Shown one piece after another: positions 36,253-43,220 of a stretch of 47,699 nucleotides of DNA. Within the stretch, counting starts at the first letter, position 1. Every line of letters begins with the position of its first letter. The position numbers and the translations under genes were made by a program. The notes under the pieces were generated by a model that saw only the letters and a list, made by a program, of their open reading frames with translations, had not been told where the DNA came from and searched no databases. Source of the DNA: a virus (taxonomy: Duplodnaviria > Caudoviricetes); IMG/VR virus record IMGVR_UViG_3300042299_000439, positions 1 through 47,699 of that record. One strand, given 5' to 3'.

Positions 36253-36632
36253 TGAAAAGTTTCTCCTGTAGCTAGTCGAGTGATAGGTGCTTTGGGTGAG
36301 GTAGCATCCCAAGCAGCTTGAGCATCTATTTTGGTATTTAAAGACTTTATAGTTTCTAGCCTTTCTAGTTCTAATTGAGTGAAACAAAACCAAGCTACTT
36401 TAGCTAAGTGAGCTTCTGATCTGTCTCCTTCTTTCCATAAGGCTAGATGAGTAAGAGCATGTTCAAGTCTTTCTTCTTGATATTCTTTATCACCTACTCC
36501 TTTTTTCCAATTATCTTTTCCATAGCGTAAACCTTCTACAAAGATTTTACCAAGGGCAAAAAGAGAATGAAAAGGAATAAGAGATAAACCTGTGTTTACT
36601 TTATCTGATTTGGCTTTGAGTTCTTCTGACAT
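36249..36632 (-). CDS. dATP/dGTP diphosphohydrolase-domain protein (DUF5664-like)
   Basis: LSLIP...EGLRYGKDNWKKG...HALTHLALWKEGD..EAHLAKVAW motif; AGGAG SD. Confidence 0.8.
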   Translation of the reverse strand: MSEELKAKSDKVNTGLSLIPFHSLFALGKIFVEGLRYGKDNWKKGVGDKEYQEERLEHALTHLALWKEGDRSEAHLAKVAWFCFTQLELERLETIKSLNTKIDAQAAWDATSPKAPITRLATGETFQ

Positions 36633-36740
36633 AATAATCTCCTAGAATAAAAAGGGAGTCACCAATATCCCAATACCACTTTAAGGAACTTTGTAAAAGA
36701 AGAATGAAAGACTTTTACAAGCGTAGTGTATTTAGAAACT

Positions 36741-37373
36741 TTATCGTCCTACACAGTATCCGTTTACACACTGAATGTCAGTGATGTAAGGCATGTTACG
36801 TCTGTGTCCTGGACTATTCATCCACATACGTACCGCATCTTCTGGGGATGAAGCACCACTTGCTACGTTCTCGTATCCGATGTATGATCTATCATGATAC
36901 ATACGTCCTTCTCTTGCTAGACGGGTAGCAAATTCGAGAGAACCTTTAGCTGAATGAGCGGCAGCACCGATGACTGTACGGATCGGAGTACACTGTCCTG
37001 AACTACAGTCTGGAGCAGACATATAGACTGGCTCTGGAGTAGACATAGGAGCAGGAGCAGAGACTGGAGCAGAGGTAGATACAGACACCGGTGTTTGCAT
37101 AAAACTAACGGTAGTAGTTTTAGAAAACACTTCAGAGCCTGCACAGGATGCTACTGCAAATGATCTTCCTCCACAAGATGCTACACCAAAAGAGGCAGCA
37201 GAGCCGCAGGATGCACGAGCAGAACCTATTCTTGATAGGATTCCTCCTCTGGCTGCAATTCTTTGGCCTACACGTGTTCTTGGTTGCCATGCAAAAGACG
37301 GAACAGCAGACACACATAGAATAGCTACCATAGCTAAGACGATACCGACAATTTTGTAACTTTTCATCATCAT
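36741..37373 (-). CDS. Secreted protein with minimal CAP (SCP/PR-1) domain
   Basis: Signal peptide (…VSAVPSFA), ASCG repeats, CSSGQC; CAP motifs MYH...ENVASG...AVRMWMNSPGHRRNM. Start moved downstream of the terminator. Confidence 0.8.
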   Translation of the reverse strand: MMMKSYKIVGIVLAMVAILCVSAVPSFAWQPRTRVGQRIAARGGILSRIGSARASCGSAASFGVASCGGRSFAVASCAGSEVFSKTTTVSFMQTPVSVSTSAPVSAPAPMSTPEPVYMSAPDCSSGQCTPIRTVIGAAAHSAKGSLEFATRLAREGRMYHDRSYIGYENVASGASSPEDAVRMWMNSPGHRRNMPYITDIQCVNGYCVGR

Positions 37374-37390
37374 TCCTTGAACTGAGGGGC

Positions 37391-37423
37391 AAAAGAACCT
37401 ACCCATGAAGTTATGGGTAGGTT
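37391..37423 (-). terminator. Intrinsic terminator
   Basis: Perfect 11-bp stem AACCTACCCAT/ATGGGTAGGTT followed by CTTTT on the minus strand. Confidence 0.7.
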
Positions 37424-37435
37424 TGAAAAATAGTG

Positions 37436-37465
37436 TTTCTTAAAAGCTCGAAGAGTTTTAAGAAA
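37436..37465 (+). repeat. Bulged-G hairpin repeat, copy 5
   Basis: TTTCTTAAAAGCTC-GAA-GAGTTTTAAGAAA, overlapping the stop codon at 37458. Confidence 0.85.
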
Positions 37466-38171
37466 GATCAGCTTCGTTTGCAAGAGCTTCGGCTCCTGTT
37501 GATAGATTTTTGAGGCCAATCTTACCGTTGGGGTATTGCTCTACAAACTCGTAGGCTTCTCCCTTGAATGTAACTTTGTCACCTGCTTTGAACTTGCCTC
37601 CCTTAGCTGCCGGTGGAGCTACGTTCGAGATAGAGGGCATGATGGAGTCGTTAGCTGGAAGCTGATCGGCTTTACGATACAATCGTAGACCTTTTCCATC
37701 GTTAAGAGTATCAGTTGGGTTTGCTGTAACAACAAACTCCAAAGTAATGTCCGCAGTCATGAACCAATCAGCCAACTCAGTTGGATTTTTATGGTTCTTA
37801 CGAACTTCTTCTGGTAACCCCCAAGTAACCAACGTACTAAAGTACGTTTCTAGAGATTGGGCAAGATTACCGTTCTTATCTGAGAACCAGAAAGTTCTCT
37901 TCAACAAACGTCCAGTAATATCTTCTGGAGCAATGCTACGAACTGTGACTTCACAGAAAGGAGTACCTTTCTTAGTGAGGACACCATTCTCTACTTTGTC
38001 AGGAGTAGATCCGAATCGGAACTTCTCGATACGGCATTGACCTGCTGCACCAATTGCAAGAGGGATGTTACCAAGATTAGATTCTGCTGCCTTGGATTTT
38101 TCAACTGTATCCGAAGCTGCACCTTGGTAGAAAGACATGAACGATTCGGAAACTTCTGCTGGTTTAGACAT
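37458..38171 (-). CDS. Putative single-stranded DNA-binding (OB-fold, DUF669-like) protein
   Basis: Start reassigned to MSKPAEV; follows a Sak4-like ATPase as SSBs typically do; beta-rich core plus a small C-terminal SH3/KOW-like domain (FKAGDKVTF). Confidence 0.55.
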   Translation of the reverse strand: MSKPAEVSESFMSFYQGAASDTVEKSKAAESNLGNIPLAIGAAGQCRIEKFRFGSTPDKVENGVLTKKGTPFCEVTVRSIAPEDITGRLLKRTFWFSDKNGNLAQSLETYFSTLVTWGLPEEVRKNHKNPTELADWFMTADITLEFVVTANPTDTLNDGKGLRLYRKADQLPANDSIMPSISNVAPPAAKGGKFKAGDKVTFKGEAYEFVEQYPNGKIGLKNLSTGAEALANEADLS

Positions 38172-38192
38172 TATATTGATCCTAAAAAGTAG

Positions 38193-38230
38193 TGTGTTTT
38201 TTGAAAGCTCAAAGAGTTTCATAGAACACA
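38193..38230 (+). repeat. Bulged-G hairpin repeat, copy 6
   Basis: TGTGTTTTTTGAAAGCTC-AAA-GAGTTTCATAGAACACA. Confidence 0.8.
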
Positions 38231-38358
38231 AAAGTTGCGAACACATCTTATGTAATAACGAAATGTTATTGACGGAAATAAGATATGTAAAGTAAAAAAG
38301 TAAGCTGTGTAAGTTAGAAACTAATAAAGTTTAAAACGTAGAAAGTAGTGTCGACACC

Positions 38359-38395
38359 GTGTTTTTATAAAGCTCGTAGAGTTTATAACAAACAC
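38359..38395 (+). repeat. Bulged-G hairpin repeat, copy 7
   Basis: GTGTTTTTATAAAGCTC-GTA-GAGTTTATAACAAACAC. Confidence 0.85.
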
Positions 38396-38405
38396 ACCTG
38401 GATTG

Positions 38406-39176
38406 CTAGTCCTTCTTTGAGCCACCAAACCTTTCTGGGATTTGTTTGAATAGGTTAGATGCTGCTTCGTCAGCATTTCTACCCATAGGTATACAGGAAG
38501 TCATATCCCATCTATTCTTTGCAGAATGTGATGTGGATAGGTCTGTATAGATGTATCGGCCTGTATCAGAAGATGCTTTACCTTCTGTTACAGAACCTTT
38601 GATCGTTTCTGTTGCTTGAGTAATTGTTACCTGCTTATTGAGAAAGAAGATAAAACTAGCCCAGGCAACAATAGTATTTCTCATACCACCTTTATCACTA
38701 CCATCCATAGCTATCTCATGAGAAAGATAATCTGGTCCCATAGAATTGGGAAGGCTGATAGTAACTTGGTGAGCTAAGAAAATAACATTAACTCCTTTGT
38801 CACAGAGATTGTCACATAGATCAAGATATGCTTGTAAATATCTTACAGCTTCTTGTCTTGGACCTTTACTGTAATCAAAGAATGCTTGTGGATTTCCTTT
38901 GTAATCCATAAGAGTAGCATGTTCAAAGATAAGTCTTTGAAGTCCAGTACAACTATCAATAAGGATTGTACCTTTGTTGACACTCTTAGTTGATGTAACT
39001 AATTGTTGGAATGATTTGATATTTTCATTATCTGTGTTCTCAGGAACTTTAGATAATGTATCGTAACCTGATTCAAAAATTGATTTACAGAATACAGGAC
39101 CAGGAAATCTAAGACCTAATGAAGTCTTTCCCATACCTGCAAGACCATAAATAATACCTGATAAACCTCTAGCCAT
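38406..39176 (-). CDS. Sak4-like (AAA_24) ATPase/recombinase
   Basis: Start reassigned to MARGLS; YGLAGMGKTS Walker A, ILIDS Walker B, VIFLAH, AKNR. Confidence 0.85.
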   Translation of the reverse strand: MARGLSGIIYGLAGMGKTSLGLRFPGPVFCKSIFESGYDTLSKVPENTDNENIKSFQQLVTSTKSVNKGTILIDSCTGLQRLIFEHATLMDYKGNPQAFFDYSKGPRQEAVRYLQAYLDLCDNLCDKGVNVIFLAHQVTISLPNSMGPDYLSHEIAMDGSDKGGMRNTIVAWASFIFFLNKQVTITQATETIKGSVTEGKASSDTGRYIYTDLSTSHSAKNRWDMTSCIPMGRNADEAASNLFKQIPERFGGSKKD

Positions 39177-39187
39177 AATAATCCTTT

Positions 39188-39352
39188 TTAACAAACACCT
39201 AAAAATCCTGCTCGCCAAGCCCAATATTGTGGGGTATCTTTAAGATACTGACAAGCAGACTTATCTTTACCATTTATAAAGGCTTGTGAGCCTTCATAGT
39301 ATGCTTCTTGATTTTGTTTAATTGCTTTCCAGACTTCTTTGTCTATCTTCAA
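39188..39352 (-). CDS. Rmf/CrpP-fold small protein (54 aa, not in ORF track)
   Basis: TTG start overlapping the MazG stop: MKIDKEVWKAIKQNQEAYYEGSQAFINGKDKSACQYLKDTPQYWAWRAGFLGVC, matching the Rmf pattern A...G..A...G.....C.Y.......W..G(W/F). Confidence 0.7.
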   Translation of the reverse strand: MKIDKEVWKAIKQNQEAYYEGSQAFINGKDKSACQYLKDTPQYWAWRAGFLGVC

Positions 39353-39984
39353 TTTTTGTCTGCCTTTGCTGCTGCTTCCTGGGATGTGAACGTACCTGAT
39401 GGATATCTTTTACGTAGCTTAGCTTCGTTTTGGGAGATAATATTAGGTAGTGTTGTGTTAAATTTAAAACAGATGAAGTTAAAACATCTGTCTAGGTCAT
39501 ATGATGCTTGCATAAGTGCAGCAGCATCAAGTTCATGACTGTAATATACAAACTTCTTAATTAGATCTCCGATAGTTTCAATGTGCGGTCCCTCTTCTGA
39601 ACACCATTGAATGTCAGTAATAGTATGAGTTAGACCTAGAAGATTGAACAACATTGTCTTGTAGTAATAGATGTCTCCGATCTCTTTAAGTACAGCAATC
39701 TCTTGTATATCTATAGCTTCACAAGGCATCAAAGGATTCTCTGATGCTTTATAAACAAGTTCTCCGTATTTATGAAATTCATTTAGGTATTCTACATATT
39801 CGTTAAGAATACCATAAGCACAATGAACGATATCGTGTTTATGTTGAAGATCTGTTAGTTGTTCTAACAGCTTAACTGGATTTTCTGTATCTTCATATTT
39901 CTTATGTGTATATGCAAATGTTGTTACACAGAATCTTGAATAGGTTGCTTCAATAAAAGCATCAAGTGTAGACTTATTTTCCAA
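39349..39984 (-). CDS. MazG-like nucleotide pyrophosphohydrolase, internally duplicated
   Basis: HCAYGILNEYVE...KEIGDIYYY, then a second half-repeat IGDLIKKFVYY...NEAKLRKRYP. Confidence 0.8.
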   Translation of the reverse strand: MENKSTLDAFIEATYSRFCVTTFAYTHKKYEDTENPVKLLEQLTDLQHKHDIVHCAYGILNEYVEYLNEFHKYGELVYKASENPLMPCEAIDIQEIAVLKEIGDIYYYKTMLFNLLGLTHTITDIQWCSEEGPHIETIGDLIKKFVYYSHELDAAALMQASYDLDRCFNFICFKFNTTLPNIISQNEAKLRKRYPSGTFTSQEAAAKADKN

Positions 39985-41026
39985 TTTTTAGTTCCTTGAA
40001 TAGTTTAGAGGTAGTACGAAGTTGAGTAATATCTAGTTCACCAATCAAGAATGACCAGTATCTAGATTTGTATTTTGATGTTACTGCTGGATCAAATAGT
40101 CTGATAGGTTTCTTATAGAATAGATGATTGTAACATTCTGGGTTGTGTGGGTCAAATGAATCAGATGATGTGTAGTTATACAACATACATATCTGATCTA
40201 TAATTGGGTTGATGGTTGATCTAAATTGTTCACGAATCCAATCTGAACTTATATCGAATTCAAATTGATAAACCCAAAAGGGTAAATTCTTTGAAACTGG
40301 ATATGTTTTGTAAGAAGGACCATGATAAAGTTTTTTGATATAGGCAGCATCCTTTTCGTAAGCAGTTCTAGTTGGAGCACTCCACTGTGTTTCTGGCACA
40401 ATGAATACGTCGTATATTACGTGTCTTGCTTGACTAGCATGACAGTAAATATTAACTTGCATGTCATGTTTGATTTCTCTACGAAATTGATCAAACTCAA
40501 AGTATCCTTTTGATTTGTGTTCGATCAATGTACGAGAAAAATCTGTTGATTGAAGTGATGTGTTGATAGATTCATAGAAACTATTGTTTGGATCAGCAAT
40601 ACCATCCATTTTACCCATCAAAGTAACTTCAAAGTTTTTAGTTGCATGAGGTATTTGAAATTCTTTTTCAGTTTCAATATGGTCATATTGAGTTTTGTAT
40701 TTATCATTGTAGAGCTTAATCATTTCAGCACAAGAATAATAACTCGTAGGTGCTGTATGAATTTCTTTTAGAGATTCTTCTTTCATAGACTTCAGAATTA
40801 TTTCCCATTCAAATTCTGTAAAATCTTTTGACAGTATTGGAATTTCTATAAGATCTTCAAGACCTTTATGTATGATGTTACCCCACAAGATTTCCTGGGA
40901 GACGGGTGTTGGTTCTTCTAGTCCTAGTCCGTAGTATAATACGAAACAATAAGGATCTTGAAGAAACATACTTATCATTGATTGGGTGATACCACCTTCA
41001 ATAGGACCGGGCCATAACCATTTCAT
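39974..41026 (-). CDS. PD-(D/E)XK exonuclease (RecB/Cas4-like)
   Basis: WGNIIHKGLE, ETEKEF, LMGKMDG, LIEHKS, QVNIY. Confidence 0.8.
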   Translation of the reverse strand: MKWLWPGPIEGGITQSMISMFLQDPYCFVLYYGLGLEEPTPVSQEILWGNIIHKGLEDLIEIPILSKDFTEFEWEIILKSMKEESLKEIHTAPTSYYSCAEMIKLYNDKYKTQYDHIETEKEFQIPHATKNFEVTLMGKMDGIADPNNSFYESINTSLQSTDFSRTLIEHKSKGYFEFDQFRREIKHDMQVNIYCHASQARHVIYDVFIVPETQWSAPTRTAYEKDAAYIKKLYHGPSYKTYPVSKNLPFWVYQFEFDISSDWIREQFRSTINPIIDQICMLYNYTSSDSFDPHNPECYNHLFYKKPIRLFDPAVTSKYKSRYWSFLIGELDITQLRTTSKLFKELKIGK

Positions 41027-41044
41027 GATATTGTCAATCTTTTG

Positions 41045-41809
41045 TTAGCATTTTAATAAAACATTAAGGTGTTCTGAAAGAAGTTGAGATAGTTTGTGTG
41101 CATTACGACGTACTGTAAGTATTTTATACTCAAGAGAAGCAATGTATTCAAGACTATCGAGGATTAGTGTGGATCTTTTTGTTGTAAATTTAGGAGCTTG
41201 TTTGTTAACATAAGAACCTAAATGCACAACAAATTGAGGAGCAAATTCACTATAAATATCATATAAATGAGGTTGACATGCCCGTACTTCTCCTGAGGTT
41301 GGTTGTCTGTCTTCATCTATTATTGATAAACTATGTGTTGATGCTGTATCTATTTCTGAGTATTGGTCAGTAAATTCTCCGTTGTAAATGATGGAACTAG
41401 TTCTACAAGCTACAAGGTAAGTACAGTAGAATTCAAAGTTAAAAGGTACAAGACGAAAGATATGCTTTAAGATTCTTCCTTCTTGTCCAAGGTAGGCAAC
41501 CCCTGATACATCTTCTGTGCCTCTAGGAGCAACTCCGATGAACATAATTCTTGGGTAGTAACTGGTTGTGTCAAAGGAACTCGACGAAGGGGAGTTGGGG
41601 GCGGGGAGTAAGTGGGGAGCGAATTTTGTTGTGGGTCGGATGTGGTGTCGTTTTCCAGCATATCCGAGAACAACGTATCTTCGTCCACTTGCAAGTCCGC
41701 ATTGTCTACACCCGGCGTAAGACTCATTGGCTGTATAATCAAGACGGTAGAGATTTGTGCCTCGTACCTTATACCCGATAGGATTTTGTTCAATTGTTCC
41801 ACTGAACAT
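41045..41809 (-). CDS. Uracil-DNA glycosylase family 4-like protein, catalytically divergent
   Basis: CRQCGLASGRRYVVLG, IMFIGVAPRGTED, VACR, PTSGEVRACQPHL, VVHLG; perfect GGAGGT SD 5 nt before the ATG. Confidence 0.8.
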   Translation of the reverse strand: MFSGTIEQNPIGYKVRGTNLYRLDYTANESYAGCRQCGLASGRRYVVLGYAGKRHHIRPTTKFAPHLLPAPNSPSSSSFDTTSYYPRIMFIGVAPRGTEDVSGVAYLGQEGRILKHIFRLVPFNFEFYCTYLVACRTSSIIYNGEFTDQYSEIDTASTHSLSIIDEDRQPTSGEVRACQPHLYDIYSEFAPQFVVHLGSYVNKQAPKFTTKRSTLILDSLEYIASLEYKILTVRRNAHKLSQLLSEHLNVLLKC

Positions 41810-42009
41810 TTTTTACCTCCAGTGAGAATTGAATGAAAATTGGGTGGTTTAATATTAAGGGAGCGACAGTAGTCAACAAAATTTCCTGCTGCTAATTTAT
41901 CAATTAGGTCTTTTAGCCGATAACCGTCTTGCGGCTTCAAGCAAAGCAGAGTTTCCACTGACTGGTTTTGGCTGAGGTCTATCGTGAAAATTGGTAAGTC
42001 TGGTTCCAT
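41467..42009 (-). CDS. XRE/Cro-like HTH protein with disordered tail
   Basis: FVDYCRSLNIKPPNFHSILTGGKKCSVEQLNKIL resembles an XRE HTH. Confidence 0.6.
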   Translation of the reverse strand: MEPDLPIFTIDLSQNQSVETLLCLKPQDGYRLKDLIDKLAAGNFVDYCRSLNIKPPNFHSILTGGKKCSVEQLNKILSGIRYEAQISTVLIIQPMSLTPGVDNADLQVDEDTLFSDMLENDTTSDPQQNSLPTYSPPPTPLRRVPLTQPVTTQELCSSELLLEAQKMYQGLPTLDKKEES

Positions 42010-42412
42010 TGCGTTTCAGTGCTGATGCTAGGACATTGAACATGTAAGAAGGTGATTCTAGATGGGCTGACATAAAATATATGACAGTCCATCCTTCTAA
42101 ATAAAGATCATTGTGTTTTGAAACATCACGAAGCATACCTTGATATGATGTGTGTCCTCTACCATGACCCTGTAACTCTATTCCTATTTTTTCTTTTACA
42201 AATGCAAAATCTAATTCCCATTCTCTTGTTTGAACAGGTGATAAAGCGTTAGATGAAGAAAACATTGGAATATAAAGTGAACTAACCTTCACTATGTGGT
42301 GAAAGGTTATCGGGTAATCCGATCGGCTTACCCAAAACTCGTGGAAGTTCTGTTCGAACTGGCTGTCGTATAGTGGGTTGAGAGCCTTGTGTGGTGATCG
42401 TTTTTTCTTCAC
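41900..42412 (-). CDS. DUF559/Vsr-like endonuclease
   Basis: SQFE...WELDFAF..EKIGIELQG...H...RD..KHN.L..EGWTV. Confidence 0.8.
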   Translation of the reverse strand: MKKKRSPHKALNPLYDSQFEQNFHEFWVSRSDYPITFHHIVKVSSLYIPMFSSSNALSPVQTREWELDFAFVKEKIGIELQGHGRGHTSYQGMLRDVSKHNDLYLEGWTVIYFMSAHLESPSYMFNVLASALKRNGTRLTNFHDRPQPKPVSGNSALLEAARRLSAKRPN

Positions 42413-42656
42413 TTCCGTGTCCTACGTTTGGTTCTATTCCTAAATTTGTTAAGTGTCTACGAGCATTGTTGAGTGATCGTTGACAACGAATAAGTTCATC
42501 AGTTGCGTGACTAATTGCTTCGTTTTGGTCAGGGTTCAGAGTAATCTTGGGGAATGCTTTCATCTTTGTAATCAGCAAGATAGTCGAATGTTTGCTGACG
42601 GCGAGAGCTATTTCTCCTAGTGCTTCTTCGATTTTTTGTAAGGTAGTTCCAAGCAT
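42282..42656 (-). CDS. Hypothetical protein
   Basis: Helical N-half, GAAGGA SD, tail overlapping the next gene. Confidence 0.55.
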   Translation of the reverse strand: MLGTTLQKIEEALGEIALAVSKHSTILLITKMKAFPKITLNPDQNEAISHATDELIRCQRSLNNARRHLTNLGIEPNVGHGSEEKTITTQGSQPTIRQPVRTELPRVLGKPIGLPDNLSPHSEG

Positions 42657-42918
42657 GTGAGGCTAATAATCCTTCAAGTGAGGGGTATACTCGTATTGTT
42701 ACCCAGAAAAATAGGCAACGTCGTATTTGTAAATGATAACAACCCTTTGATGAGAAGTTATCTGTATGTTTTGTTGAAATTGCCGTAGGCATTTTAAAAA
42801 ACATGGTCCCAGGGTAAGTATTGTTAAAATCTGAGTAATCTATTGAATAGTATTTTGCTCGAATACGGTTGTTAATTGTTAGTGTATTGTGTTTGATCGA
42901 TGTTTTAAAAATATTCAA
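42529..42918 (-). CDS. Hypothetical protein
   Basis: TTG start overlapping the upstream stop, GGAG SD. Confidence 0.5.
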   Translation of the reverse strand: MNIFKTSIKHNTLTINNRIRAKYYSIDYSDFNNTYPGTMFFKMPTAISTKHTDNFSSKGCYHLQIRRCLFFWVTIRVYPSLEGLLASHAWNYLTKNRRSTRRNSSRRQQTFDYLADYKDESIPQDYSEP

Positions 42919-43220
42919 AATGGTGTCTCCACTGAATGATAGTCTCCATAGTCGATAGCTTCATCGATTGAATATTTATTTCCATCGTAGCTATGGTCAT
43001 AAACAACACCGTCTATAACTTCCAGCACATTAAGACAACCAGTATCGATCAGTGTCTTGTCTGATTTTCCTGGGGGTGTGTTTGAGTATGCTATGCAATC
43101 TTCCCACACGTATATGTATACGGGTAAAGTGTGTTTGATTGGTGGAGGTTGAATGCAATTGTAGGGAGGTAGATCGCAAGTGGGAGTGAAGAGTGGAGTA
43201 GAAGAATTATCGCAGTCCAT
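42915..43220 (-). CDS. Hypothetical protein
   Basis: 101 aa acidic ORF overlapping the ligase stop. Confidence 0.55.
   Translation of the reverse strand: MDCDNSSTPLFTPTCDLPPYNCIQPPPIKHTLPVYIYVWEDCIAYSNTPPGKSDKTLIDTGCLNVLEVIDGVVYDHSYDGNKYSIDEAIDYGDYHSVETPF

Noticed and set aside
7435-38395. Integron attC sites
   Set aside because: The bulged hairpins are reminiscent, but the RYYYAAC/GTTRRRY box arrangement is not matched and no tyrosine recombinase is present.
33989-39984. Z-genome (2-aminoadenine) pathway
   Set aside because: No PurZ/adenylosuccinate-synthetase homolog or HD-family dATPase is visible; the diphosphohydrolase alone is insufficient.
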